Assembly: GCA_951406725.2 (NCBI GenBank)
Contig: OX597828.1
Location: 61,256,001-61,320,000 of the forward strand
Length of the DNA: 64,000 nt
From: Octopus vulgaris
Taxonomy: Eukaryota
Reading direction: 5' to 3'
Shown in pieces: positions 15,193 through 29,267 of this stretch (positions are counted from its first letter, which is position 1; each line of letters begins with the position of its first letter). The notes under the pieces are model-generated. The model was given only the letters and a program-made list of their open reading frames with translations. It was not told the DNA's origin and ran no database searches. The position numbers were made by a program, and so were the translations under genes.

Positions 15193-15368
15193 TATACATA
15201 TATACGACGGGCTTCTTTCAGTTTCCGTCTACCAAATCCACTCACAAGGCATTGGTCGGCCCGGGGCTATAGCAGAAGACACTTGCCCAAGATGCCACGC
15301 AGTGGGACTGAACCCGGAACCATGTGGCTGGTTAGCAAGCTACTTACCACACAGCCACTCCTGCGCCT
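14941..15368 (-). mobile_element. Full-length tRNA-derived SINE, the dominant family in the window
   Basis: Head GGCGCAGGAGTGGCTGTGTGGT (A box)..GGTTCAGTCCC (B box), internal TA/TG tract, (GTAAAAGA)-like tail. Partial copies near 16094, 20405, 22845, 30890, 45960, 53265. Confidence 0.9.
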
Positions 15369-15700
15369 ATATATATATACATACTACATACGTACATACG
15401 CGCACGTGTACATACATACATACATACATACATACATACATACATACATACATACATAGAAAACATCACTTTGCGATACCAGTGTAAAAGATATCCCATG
15501 CATCATCAAACGTCTACATGTTAATACCTACTCCTTTGGCTGCTATTTCTAAAATTTTCGATATGTGGTCAAGCAACTTGTTGCAAAACCCTTATTGTTA
15601 TAATTATATAAGTTTTTACCGAATATGGTCCTTTTCTATACCGAAATACTACTAGGTGAAATTTGTTGATTTTATTAAAAAAATTATCTTTCACCCTATA

Positions 15701-15802
<102 letters not shown>

Positions 15803-15819
15803 CAAATGCCACGCTCTGG

Positions 15820-16050
15820 GAGGAGGCGCGTGGCTTAACAGTTTAGGGTGTTCGACTAATGATCGTAAGACTGTTTTTGATTCCTGGACCGGACGACGCG
15901 TTGTGTTCTTGAGCAAAAAACTTCATTTCATTTTCCTCACAGCTGTTAAAAATGAGTAATCCTGCGACAGTCCGGCGTCCCGTCAAGATGAGGAACATAT
16001 ACGCCACAGAAACCGGCAAACGAGCCCTTATTAGTCTATTAGCAGAGATA
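15820..16050 (+). mobile_element. Decayed tRNA-derived SINE, second family (CORE/Meta- and V-domain-like segments)
   Basis: ggaggcgcgtggcttaa..ttgattcctgg head, gtgttcttgagcaa, cctgcgacagtccggcgtcccgtc. Confidence 0.6.
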
Positions 16051-16329
16051 CCAGCCTCTCTCGGCATTAAAGTGGCATAGTATTTTTATTGTTTTAATTG
16101 TTTCAGTCATGTAACTGCGGCCATGCTGGAGCACCGCCTTTGATCGAAAAAATCGAACACAGGATTTATTCTTTGTTAGCCTAGTACTTATTCTATCAGT
16201 GTCTTTTTACGTTATGGGAACGTAAACACAACAACATCGTTTGTCAAGCAATGGTGGGGTACAAACGCAGACACAGATACACACACACACAAATATACAT
16301 ATATATACAACAGTCTTATTCCTACATAC

Positions 16330-16398
<69 letters not shown>

Positions 16399-16589
16399 AA
16401 TTAGTAAATAAATGGCACAACTAAGTACCGATATTTACTGGAAATAGCGAACGTAAAAATACGACGCTAATGTGTAGCTTCACCGCGTATGTATTAGCAA
16501 AAATGCGTGTGTGCAACAAATTAGAGAAAAAAACCGTCTTACCTCCAGGGAGAACATCTGAAAGATGAAACACCCGGAAAAGGATAATG

Positions 16590-16659
16590 TGGTACCTGCA
16601 GGTTTCAGGTTTTACAAGATATGTCTCTCACCCATATTTTGTTTTACCTTCGTCAGCCA
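16590..16659 (-). ncRNA. Type I hammerhead ribozyme, intact core
   Basis: Minus strand TGG-CTGACGA-AGGT...ACCT-GAAA-CCTGCAGG-TA^CCA; long stem II. Confidence 0.85.
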
Positions 16660-16925
16660 AACATATACCAAGACGAAATCTACGATGTTACCACATTAAT
16701 ACTAACACACTCGACTGAAATGCGGAACGCTAACAGTACGAGAAACGGTGAAGAAGTTTCAAAATATCAGTAATGCAATACAGAGTATTGCCTTATATAT
16801 ATTACCATATATATATATATAAATGTATGTATGCACACACACATAAATATACATTCATAAATATATATACATACATATGAATACACACATATACACACAT
16901 ACATACATACATACATACATGCATG

Positions 16926-16993
<68 letters not shown>

Positions 16994-17084
16994 AGGAAAT
17001 TGAAATTGAAATCATATAATAGTGAAAGTATTAATAGAGATGTTATTGTTTCACTTTCGAAACGTAATACAGAAACAGTGTAGG

Positions 17085-17277
17085 AGATTAGAGATTGCTC
17101 AGGGCTTGCATTAGGCATGACGTTGAAAATTCTTTTGGCCTAAGACACTGCATGGACCCTAAGTAAAGCATGTATAAAGTTTGAATGAAATTGTTTGGGT
17201 AGTTCTCGAGTTTTAGTGATGCACACAAACAAACAAACAGACACACATTCTCAGTTTTATATATATAGATAGATATC
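17085..17277 (-). mobile_element. Non-autonomous Helitron-like 5' fragment
   Basis: TCTATATATATAAAA start then (GTTT/GTCT)n tract; family recognised from pattern only. Confidence 0.5.
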
Positions 17278-19659
17278 ACTCGGGAAGAATCTTTATTGTT
17301 TTATCCTATATAATTAACTAAACATGATAAACTCATTTTCGCCACAGAGAAATATGTCACTCGATCCATGGAGTGTCATTAAATATAACAGAATCTTCAA
17401 CTCCGAACGAAGCAGCAGAGATTTTACGAAATTTTTAAAACACTTTTACAAACTATGCCAAACAAACAACACTGATAGCAGCAACAACTTTAGAAACAGT
17501 AATAGAGCAGAATTGATTTAAGAAATTAACGCTTTGCCCATAAAATTTTAAGGTTATAAATATAACACAAAGAACACGAAAATTCTGTAGAGTACAAACA
17601 GTATTAAAAACAACATTTATGGAACGAATAGGTTTTATCATGTGCACATTCTTATTATCAGGACACCTACTTATTACCTGGACACAACAGATCCATCATT
17701 TCAAATTCTACTCGATTCAGACAAAACAAACACTTTTATAACGGAAAATTATTATAATACACTTAAAAACTAGCACTGAAATAAATAGCACTCCCAAACT
17801 ATTATGGAACGGCAATTATTAAATTCTCTTTGGGAAATAATACCATGAGTGTAAAAGATTTTAAAAAAATATTCACAGATTTGTCAATAACATGTCAGAA
17901 TTTTTAAAATATATTTCATGGAAGGTATACTACGTAATCGTCGTAGTACACACTATTAAGGACAAGGGGTGGGGATATAGATCTAATTATATATTTAAAT
18001 GAATCCTAAATGGCACATTTTTCATAGAATGGGAATTCTATGAAAAATGTGCCATAATCATGCCAAAAATTGAACGATATAGATATTCGAACTATCTTAA
18101 CATTTGTCTTTGTACTTTGTTTACATGTATTTGGTAAACAGAGTTTTTCGTAACCAAGTCTAATTGCATCAACAATAGCTCTACCAGTCTACCTTGACCC
18201 ATATACATTACAGGAAGACTTCATCTCTAAGAAGGATGCTTTAATTTCAAAGACTCTCGGGGATAAGCTATTTAAATTTGCATGGTGATCTCAATACGAT
18301 AAAGATATGCTTGTCCAGACGTTTGAAGAGATGTATAGTTATCATGAACGATTTGTAACAGACGGTGTGATAAAACTTACGATACAGTACTTAATAACTG
18401 TTTATCTCTATAGTAATATCACAAGACACCAATGGTTGTAAAGAATCTTTTGTTAGCCTCATCGATCCCACTAAACATTGAGGATAATGAATATGAGTAA
18501 AAATAGTTGAGCATGGTTAAACAATTCAATATTTTGACGTTGCATTCTGCCATGGGTTACGATTCTCTGTGTCTTACAACCAACTAAACACTAAACAAGC
18601 GAAGAATAACAAACTTGCTCTCAGCTTTCCGAATCTGTCACATCCAACAATAGTCGATACAGTTTCCTTGACTGCCATAATAAGCTATACGTGCCATATT
18701 TTCAGAAACCATCCCCAAATTGTTAATACCTGTCGTAATAACTAAAATATTGCATAGTTACCAATATTTATCAGTTTTCAATAAACACCATACTTAAATA
18801 ATGTAGGGCATAGCTCATCAACGACTACTTTAAAGTCTACCTACTTACAATGGTTACCATTATCTGCTATAGCTACCAATAGCTGTCATAGTTCCCTATG
18901 TCCGCATAGTCACGGGCCATAGTTACGAAGACGTTTAATGTAGTCACCACTATCTGCTACACTTATCGTTGTATGACAGCTAGAATACGTCATAGTTAAA
19001 AGTGCCTTAGTTATATTACCAGCCATGTTCATCAGTAACTATCGTACCTATATCTGCAATAGTTACCAATGTTTGATTGAAAAAACAAAACCCCTGGAGT
19101 TTGAAAAAAATTTAAGATGGTCTTCATTAGAATGTCTGCCAGTTCGTTTTACTTAATGGATTTTTTTCGAGGTTATTATTAGAAAATACAAATATTTATA
19201 ATAACTGCAGCATTTCCCTGAAGTTATCCTAAACATATAATAAAACACAGTAAAATATACTTTCTTAGACTCTGTGAAAGAAACAAACATTTGTTCTTTA
19301 GAGGAAACCTCAGTTAAACAACAAAACCTCATCTTATCTCCTCCAAACCCCCAAATTTATATTATAATAGTTAAGCATTTGATCGCTAATCTCTTGATCA
19401 GGTTCCTCGAGTCCAACCACATTCCAACTCGAGCACCTGCCTTAGACTTCGTTCTGTAAGTGCATCCACATGAAATGAATAAAGCATGATATTCCAAGGG
19501 AGCACCCCGGTTATATGGTATATTACATTGATGGTAATTAGTTTTACGTGAAATCACTCGTAAAACTATTCCATGTGCAGCAATAGAGTCACTAATCGCA
19601 AATAATTTACGACGCAAACGTCCAAAGACGACGTCCGTAACAAAGACAATTACGATAAC

Positions 19660-19845
19660 CACGTCGTCGTCGTCATCATCATCATCATCGTCATCATCAT
19701 CATCATCATCATCAACAACAACAGCAAAAACAACAACAAAAATAACAACAACAACACCAACAACAGCAACAAGGACAATAACAGCGGCAAAAGCTATAGC
19801 AGCAGCAACAACAGCAACACCGATGTCAGTAATAAAAACAACAAT
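19660..19845. repeat. (TCG)(TCA)(CAA/CAG) compound microsatellite
   Basis: Direct reading. Confidence 0.9.
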
Positions 19846-20209
19846 TTCATTCCATAGCTGATTCTTGTCTTTCGTGTTGTTGATCCAGATGTGCTGCTCA
19901 TTCTTGTTGTCTCAGAAATGGTATCACAACTTGCCCCCGTCTTTTCCCCCTCAAGCTTCATAAACTATTGGGGTCGGACATAAAAAGAAAAAGCTGATGG
20001 TTGTCCTCCACTACAGCATCATCATCCGGAACGAACACTGTCATAAATCCATCAGTAATTCTGCATATCTTAATACAATATACACCTATAAAGTCATATA
20101 TATGTCTACAAAAACAGAAAAGCCTAGGCTCATACGCGCAATAATACATGTTTCTCGCTGACTTGCCACACACAGACACAGACAGACAGACAGACACACA
20201 CATATGCAT

Positions 20210-20242
<33 letters not shown>

Positions 20243-20891
20243 TATATAAGGAGTAAATATTCAAAAGTGAATATTTATATAGATATTATTGTTATTGTCA
20301 TCTGCGGTAAATATAAATAAGGGATAATGATAACAACAATAATATAGGTGGTTGGAGGCATTAAATAGCGTTAGATAGCTATAGAATTAAAATTTATATT
20401 ATCACTTGGTCGACATCAGGTTACAGTAGGAGACACCTGCCCAAGATGCTACGTAGTGGAACTGAACTCGGAACCATGTGGCTGGAAAACAAGTTTCTCA
20501 TCCCACAACCATATATGTATAGATATATATATATATTCAGGGTCATTTCATTGTGTTGATCCGTTAAACCCTACACATGTTTTTCACTCTCCATTTTTAC
20601 CCTTCTCAATCCTTTCTGTCGAACAGCGTAGACTCGAAACAGCCAAGACTTTCTCATTCTTCCCAATCGCCAAACAAATACACCTACTTGTTTCCTCACC
20701 TGTCTTCAGCTTTTGTTTTTTTGTTTTCTGTAACATCGAACTCTATATATAGATGTGAGTGTATATATATATGTGTGTGTGTGTGTATGTGTATGTGTGT
20801 ATGTATGTATATATATATATGTATGTATATGTATGTATATATATATGTATGAATGTATGTATGTATGTGTGTGTGTGTGTGTGTGTGTATA

Positions 20892-21738
20892 CAGGGTGTC
20901 CCAAAAAGTTTGATATCATTTGTGATGTCCATACCGGAGTGACTACATGGTCAACAGAAATTAAACTTAATAGGCTTAATTTTGAATATAACAAGTTTTA
21001 TTCCACAGATTTCCAACGAAAGCTTTTGTGAGATAATAATTTTATAATGTTCCAAAGTTATCACGGTTCTTGAGATGGCGCAGAACACATTCACTTGTGG
21101 TGAGTCCCTTTCGTGTCATGTGAATTTTCTTCGCCTTAAATCCGAACATTCTGCTTCTTCACTTTGCAATTCGTATGGAATGTGGCCTCGTCGTTGAAAA
21201 CAAGACGGTTTTCAAAGTCGTCATCTTCAAGTTTTTCTTGTATATCTTCACAGAAAGTTTTACGCTTTTGCTTGTCAACCGGTTTTAAAGCTAACACAAG
21301 CTGAAGCATGTAGGGTTTCAGCTGCAAGTGTTTCTTATGACACGTCAAACAGTTTCTAGGTTTGATCTTCGCACAGATTTCTTTGGACTCCGAATAAGCG
21401 TTTCCCGCAGGTGGTTCACCATCTCTTCTGAAACTACTGGCCGTCAAGATCCTTTTTTCCGACACAAATAACCTTCCTCTTGAAACTTCTCATGCTACGA
21501 CCGAATCTGCTTCCCTGTTGGCGCTTGTCTAGGAAATCTTCTAACAAATACATGCTGCACATTCATATTTAACTGAGTTTGGGCGTACTTCAATACACAA
21601 AACACCTTTTCTTTTACAGTAAACATTCAAAAGAATGTATTGAATTCTGGACATGCTGCTAAAATTTCAGACAATTTGGACGACAATTGGTCACGTTATT
21701 TGGTGATGAAAAGATGTCAAATTTGGGGGGAGACCCTC
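20892..21738 (-). mobile_element. Internally deleted Tc1/mariner-superfamily transposon
   Basis: Imperfect TIRs CAGGGTGTCCCAAAAAGTTTGATATC / GATGTCAAATTTGGGGGGAGACCCTC, TA on both sides; LKPYMLQLV..L...D..KR..FC..RLVFNDEATFH. Confidence 0.85.
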
Positions 21739-21758
21739 TATATGTATAAATACATATA

Positions 21759-22139
21759 TACTCTTTTACTCTTTTACTTGTTTCAGTCATTTGACTGTGG
21801 CCATGCTGGAGCATCACCTTTAGTCGAGCAAATCGACCCCGGGACTTATTCTTTGTAAGCTCAGTACTTATTCTATCGGTCTCTTTTGCCGAACCGTTAA
21901 GTGACGGGGAGGTAAACACCAGCATCGGTTGTCAAGCAATGCTAGGGGGACAAACACACTCACACAAACACACACACACATACATAAATATATATACATA
22001 TATACGACGGGCTTCTTTCAGTTTCCGTCTACCGAATCCACTCACAAGGCTTTGGTCGGCCCGAGGCTATAGTAGAAGACACTTGCCCAAGGTGTCACGT
22101 CTTCTACTATAGCCTCGGGCCGACCAAAGCCTTGAGTGG
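21759..22139 (-). mobile_element. Dominant-family SINE with head replaced by an inverted duplication
   Basis: Matches 14941-15300; 22038-22080 is inverted at 22099-22139. Confidence 0.85.
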
Positions 22140-22216
22140 GGGAAAGTAAAACTTCGTTCATAGAATATGCATATGCACACATGTACACATAAACATAGAA
22201 GTAGGCATACATACAC

Positions 22217-22275
<59 letters not shown>

Positions 22276-23025
22276 CATAGTCACACACGCGTGTACATAT
22301 ACATACAAACACATATATATTTATTCTATACATATGTAAACATACATAGATACAATACACACATACACGCGAATACACACGTATATATACCCATGCACGC
22401 ATCATTATGTTCATATACACATCTCTATACGCACATGCACATACATACGCGGATAGACGTATGTACAAATAAAAGCACACACGCAAAAATATAAACCGTA
22501 AAACATTCACATTTGCCGCAAAACTTGAATATACATGAGTTATATATGTATGTACACAAATATACCATTGTTCGCCATTAGACATGTTTCGTTACCTAAT
22601 AGGAATGACAAAGTTGTACATATTAAACAAACATAACAGAAATTTCTTATTAGAAATTCTTTAGAGATAGAATCAAATAATACAAAATTTACATTTGGAT
22701 GAAATGTTTGTCTATATATTTAGTAAACGGGAGTAGTATATGTAGTTGTGAGAAAGAATTAATTATATATACATACGTAAATATAGATGTGCATATGTAT
22801 ACACATGTATACACGCGTATACACTCACACAATGCTTTGGTCTCACCGTGACTATACTAGAAAACACTTGTCCGAGGTTTAACGCTGTCGGATTGAACCC
22901 GGAACCATGTGGCTAGGAAGCAGACTTCTTACTACACAGCTATCACTGCACATATGTATGTATGTATGTATGTATGAATGTACGAATGCATGTATATATG
23001 TATACACGTATGTATGTATTATATA

Positions 23026-23424
23026 TAGGATGAGAAAATAGAGTGGTAAATAAATACATTATAATTTATCAATTAACAAAATGACAAACATCTCTTACAG
23101 GTGTTTCAATTCAAACCCTCAGAAAATTACTTAATTAAATTAAAAATTAAACATTATTTGAAATTCGAATCTCTTCAAAGGTAGATAAAAATATATAAAA
23201 TAGTTGTCCAATTCCTGCATGTTGAGTAAACTGCTGCAAACATGCAGGAATTGAACAACTATTTTATATATTTTTATCTACCTTTGAAGAGATTCGAATT
23301 TCAAATAATATTTAATTTAATCAATTTTCTGAGGGTCTGAATTGAAACACCTGTAAGAGATGTTTGTCATTTTGTTTATTGATAAATAATGATTTATTAA
23401 TTACCTCTCTATTTTCTCATCTTA
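23026..23424. repeat. ~190-bp-arm fold-back with a degenerate hammerhead in each arm
   Basis: Arms 23026-23223 / 23239-23424; TTGAAGA-GATTC...GAATT-GAAA-CACCTG-TA at 23284-23355. Confidence 0.85.
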
Positions 23425-23434
23425 TTATTATCAT

Positions 23435-23499
<65 letters not shown>

Positions 23500-23637
23500 T
23501 ATATAAACCACGGTTTATATAGTTACTTTGCAGTTGAGTATTAAATGTAATGTTCAATATTTTTGTATAGGTAACTAACCAGTACTTTCATAGGATTTTG
23601 CTATTCCTTAATGAGGTTTGTAACCTTTAATTGTGCT

Positions 23638-23676
<39 letters not shown>

Positions 23677-23754
23677 GCATACACACATATATATTCATAC
23701 ATATACAGGGTGTCCATAAAGTCATGATGCAATTTAAAATACTTGTATCTTCGT

Positions 23755-24950
23755 TACTATAGAATAAGAAAGAGGAACGATATAAACTTTTTATTCATCC
23801 GACTTCCCAAATTAAAAAAGGATTTACAACCAAAAGCTCTACAATACATCTCCACACACAAACCCCCACTAACAATAAAACCTTCGACACCATCCTCTAC
23901 TAAAAAGGGACCACAGAGTGAATCTAATTCTGCAAATACACCTCATCATAAAGAGCAAAAGACAACCCAAGTCAATAATAAGTCTCCTAATACAAGCCCA
24001 TGTACACTCGGCAACAACATTGAAACCATCAGAAAAAAATGAGGAAGACCTAACTGCGGTATATGCATCATCCTGATTGAGGGATCGGAGTTCTCCTTCA
24101 AACAAAGTCAACGTTTTAGTGAAAAACAACTTCACATGTGCTTCGTAAAACCTAATATCCGTATTAGTTTGCACAGGGTGTCGAGAGCAATACATAGGCC
24201 AAACCAAAGACAGTTTACGCCAAAGGATGATCCTACACACATCTCAGATTAAAATACGGGAATATAGAAAAATAGCATTTAGCGAACACATCGACGTTTG
24301 CACCACTTAAGAACAACCAATTTCAGATTTTTCCCATCTATAAATTCGGGGACGATGCAACCTATATTCAGCGCATTAGCAAAGAGTCATATTTTATCGC
24401 AAGATATAAACCCCTTTTGAATGCTTCCACCACAAATAACACTACAAGGGCCTTAGAATAATACCCACGCAAATATCAAAAACGATTTATTCAGAACAGT
24501 TCCAATCACCACTACTATAACCGTAACAGTTCACTTTTAGGTCACTTGACCATTTAAGGAGACACTAGCAACAGCCTACTGCTGTCATATCACTCGTGTC
24601 GTTTTCTTCTTCTTCTTCTTCTTCTTCTTCTTCGGCTACTGCTGCTTAAACAATCAAAACCCAGAACCCACATCCTTCATATTAAATATTTCTTCCGATC
24701 TGCTATTGCCTACCTACCGAGCCTTCACAAAAGTAAAACAAAGAGAGATAGAAAATGGAAAATGCCGCACGTATTTGTGAACTATGAAAATATTCTAAAA
24801 AACATTTCATTTCATTTTTCCACAATTTAATTGTTTTTCATGCTTTACACTGAGTTGAAAAAGTCGCAAAGACTGAAACAGGTACCAAAATGTTCTTCAT
24901 AATAAAATTATTTTAGCATTTTCTACCTTGTCTTATTTTTCTTATATATA
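23755..24950 (+). mobile_element. Penelope-like element 3' fragment (GIY-YIG and pLTR with decayed hammerhead)
   Basis: FTCAS*NLISVLVCTGCREQYIGQTKDSLRQRM..H (~24130-24240); TTGAAAA-AGTC-GCAAA-GACT-GAAACAGGTA at 24855-24884. Confidence 0.75.
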
Positions 24951-24974
24951 TGAAATCGTGTGTTACTTTTCAAC

Positions 24975-26103
24975 CTTCTCTCATCAGAGGGCCCATCTGC
25001 TGTCAGCAGCCGCTGAGTGGAGGACTCGACATACTTTGGTTAATGAAGCACAGACATGCGCTGAGGCAGAAATATCTCCAACGTTTCCTTGGCGGTGAGC
25101 ACGTATGTTCGCCGTTTATCAGACATGACTTTCTGCAGCCTGGATCAAGGCTAGATAGAGCGCTTGGCACCTAGAGTGTCAGCAAGTGCTCACAACCCTC
25201 TGCCGATTGAACAATGCAGTCGGTGGAAGTTCCTCATTGGAGTTCTACAGGGGATTAGTGGTGAGCAAGAGAGACGACATCCTCTGGGAAACTCTGGGCC
25301 TCGAGTGAGAGCAATTAACTTGTCTTTTTCAGAGGACCTTCGGGTCGTAGCCTATGAATAATTTCCAGAAATCCCTGGACTGGCATCGTTACCAGGAAGC
25401 TCTGCAGGTTCGGGAAAATTTCTACAGAGATGGAATGCTATCAGATGGACCTGTCTCAGTTGTGCGCTGAGCGACGAAGCCATTCTGTATGAACTCGTCC
25501 AGTGTCCGGGTATTGATGACTTATGGAGCTTTGTCGAACAACTGTTGATGTGTGTAGGACAGATCCGCTTATCATCCGAGTCCACCGTGAGGATTATCCC
25601 GCTGATTTCTTTTGGCCGGGAAGGGAAGACAGTTTTCCTCCGTCTGGTGGCGAAAAAGGTAGTGCGGTTGATGAGGTAGGACAGAAGACAGATACTTTCC
25701 TCTCTGGCCAAGCTCCCATCGATCTTTTTAAGTTCCACTTGAAAAAGGAAGTGAGGTTAGAGAGGGAAGTGCTTCCCCTCGCCAGTACTTTTGCTGAAAT
25801 GTGGGTGAATGCAGCGGGGATGAACCGCGTGAATAGGCCTACTATCAACTTACACTTGCAAACCGGAGGCGGTTGAGAATGAGAAAGACACCTGTTCAGG
25901 TGCCCTTAGCGATCTGGGTAACCAGGATGAGTAGTGTTCCTCGGTTGTCCCTGAGTGAAACTCTCAGCTTTTGGGGAATTTTGTTGCTGAATTTTTGTTA
26001 TTAATTCTTCTTTTATTTTATACACAATATTTTATGTTAAGCCCACTTGTCCCTTATCTTGTATTATCCTTTTTCCGTTCGACCCTTTTGGCCAATAAAA
26101 AAA
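24975..26103 (+). mobile_element. L1/Tx1-like LINE 3' fragment
   Basis: TCLSCALSDEAILYELVQCP.I.DLW zinc-knuckle remnant (~25450), FKFHLKKEVRLER..L....F..MW; T-rich 3' UTR ending AATAAAAAAAG. Confidence 0.7.
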
Positions 26104-26126
26104 GATTATTATTAGTAGTAGCGATA

Positions 26127-26370
26127 AGGCGGCTAGACGGCAGAACCGTTAGCACGCCGGGCAAAATGCCGAGCAGCATTTTCTCCCCCTTAACGTTCTG
26201 AGTTCAAATGCCATTGGGGTTGACTTTACCTTTCATCCTTTCGTGGTTGCCTTTGCTTTTCATCATTTCAGGGTCAATAAAATGAGTACCAGTTGAGCAC
26301 TGAGGTGATGTAATCGACTTGTAGCCTACCCCCAAATTTCAGGCCTTGTGCCTATACTAGAAAGGATCAT
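26127..26370 (+). mobile_element. tRNA-derived SINE, third family
   Basis: GGCGG...GGCAGAACCGTTAG head, GAGTTCAAATG B box, tail into (ATT)n; partial copies at ~40331-40506 (+) and ~57095-57138 (-). Confidence 0.75.
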
Positions 26371-26419
26371 TATTATTATTAGCACTTACTGTCTTTTGTT
26401 ATATTATTATTATTATTAA

Positions 26420-26500
<81 letters not shown>

Positions 26501-26501
<1 letters not shown>

Positions 26502-27073
26502 GAGAGAGCAGTGCATGCCATCAAAGTGACACTAGTGTAAAATATACGAAGCCCAGTATATCCATCATGACTACCCGTCCGATAAGGGTACACCAGGCAC
26601 ATGCATCACAACCATATGTGCGCGACATGGAGATCTCATATCAAGATAAACAGCGCATGACCTCGCAGGTCGGGACCAGTTAGAATTTTCTTCTGGTCGA
26701 GTAACCCATCCCGCTCAAAAGGTCCCTGAATAAGGATTCTTTAAGGATGTTGAACGAACCACCCATGTTTCCAAAAGTGAATTATCCAAACCTCTAAGAA
26801 TTCCTTTTAACACACGGCTATGATGCTCCCCCACTACTTCTGCTCGTGATCAGAGATGCACTTATCGTCAGCCACTAAGGGACATGCTCAACTGGTTAAG
26901 GTCAAACAACTGACACGCAAATCTGTGGTATTGAGCAGAATATTTGCTGTAGCCCATCTTTCATACCATGACAAAACAATGTACATGATAACACTTTCAA
27001 TCAGTTAAGATCAGAAACCATGTGTGCCACTGTCTGGTACTGCATCAGAGCATTTATGGTACTGTATCAGGGC

Positions 27074-27078
<5 letters not shown>
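26501..27078 (-). mobile_element. Copy 2 (longest, ~578 bp) of the non-coding (TAA)n-embedded retroposon
   Basis: (TTA)n on both sides; homologous to 1-185 and 63052-63530. Confidence 0.8.
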
Positions 27079-27136
<58 letters not shown>

Positions 27137-27143
27137 CATTATT

Positions 27144-27276
<133 letters not shown>

Positions 27277-27515
27277 TTGTTATTTTGATTTCTCTGAATA
27301 TATACTGATAATGTATGATAGCTGACTTGGGTAAGCGTTCAAAGTGATACTGTCCCTCACTGTTTCAACCATGTTTAATTCTATACAAGTTTTGGGAAAT
27401 TTAGCATCCGTAATTATTTATCTGTAATGTGATTCAAACCGAATTTTACTGAAAGAATTGTAACCAATATTGAATTTATGCTACACTGATATCGTCATCT
27501 TCATCTTTGTCCTCT

Positions 27516-27569
<54 letters not shown>

Positions 27570-28375
27570 ACACACACACGCACACACACACTCACCCTTA
27601 AGCATACTTATATATAAATACATATATAGAAAGACTGATAAATATCTTTACGGATGCGTGAGAGGAAATGTGTATGAGTACATTTGCTTGTGTGTGTGCG
27701 TGTGCATGCGTGTGTGTGTGTGTGTTTATGCCTATGTTTATGATTACGCTGATCTAAACACCGGTATTGTTATAATACATTAAATCCCATGGCTTAATGA
27801 ATGGACACCTAGAAATTCTTCAATAAGAACTTGACTAAAATATGAACTCAAGCTGGTGTGACCGACTAAAGCCATGAAATCCTTCTGCTTTGCATGTAGA
27901 GGTTTGATCCCTGCTTCATATAATGACTGACTGGACAAAAGAATGCAGGAATAAAGACACATATTTACATTCTTATTCTCTGTTACTATTCGGCTTTCCA
28001 CAATTATCATTCATGATGTTTAAGGCACAATATTATGTCAAATAGGAGAAGTGTACGGAATGAATTAAATTGAAAATTTGTGTAAATAAGTGAAAAGAAA
28101 TATGATACGTTATCACGCGCGCGCACACGCAATACATTTACACACATACATGTATATATATGCATGTAGCTATATCCGTATACAGTTGTGTGCGCGTGTG
28201 TGATGGAGAAAATATGTCAGATTCTGTATGTAAACACGGTATGTATTTTGCGTGTGTGTGTGCGTGCGAGAGAGAGAGTTCTCTCACTCTAAAGTTCTTC
28301 AGTACAATCGTATCAATTACATTCATGTATTTATTTATTTGCACTCACATATACACGTACACATACGCACGCACG

Positions 28376-28410
<35 letters not shown>

Positions 28411-29231
28411 GTATATATACGCGTGTATTCATGTATGTATTTATACGTTTCTTGACTATTTCTTTCTTTTCAACTCTTCTACTATTTTATTTATCTATTT
28501 GTTCACTTTTTCCTATTCACGTCTCGTTTACATCTTTTCATATTTCTGCCTTTTCGCGTTGCTTTCACCCTCACTCCATCTGTCAGCGATCATTCCTTCT
28601 TACCAGTCATCATTCGTTATATGGTCACAAGGCATTAATAATAAATGTTATTTTAGCTGCCATTTCAATGTTATTTTGATAACAAACTTGAAATTGCTTC
28701 TGTGAAAAAACAGCGGCTTCGTTTGGCCAAGCGAAGCTCTCTTTATCATATTTTTTTCTTCTCCTCCTGTATTGCTTTACCTCGATAATGTCGTTTTGGT
28801 CGGATGCCAAAAGACCTCTACCATTTCTCTACCTATTAACGGAATACGGCAATTGGATAATATATTATCATGCATGGCTGGCCCAAAGTTTGAATTTAAC
28901 ACGCTTTGGCTCATGTCCTGAAGATTCTCAATGCACATGTATACACACACAAAGATACAAACACACTCGTACATACACACACACGCACGCAAATATTCAG
29001 ATGTGCTAATATGTGTGTACCTCTGAGCGTACTTGCGTGTATGAGCCTTTAAATACATATATACATATACAAATATGCACACACACACACTGCTGTTTGT
29101 ACATACATGTATATATATGTGTGTGTGTGTGTGTGCATGTGTTTGTGTGTGTGTGTGTGTGTGTGTTTGTGTGTATGTGTGTATGCGTGCGTGTGCGAGT
29201 GTGAGTGTACATACATACATACATACATACA

Positions 29232-29267
<36 letters not shown>

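Noticed and set aside
27850-27920. tRNA-like stretch (gctttgcatgtagaggtttgatccc), and SINE heads generally, as tRNA genes
   Set aside because: No complete cloverleaf; at most SINE-derived
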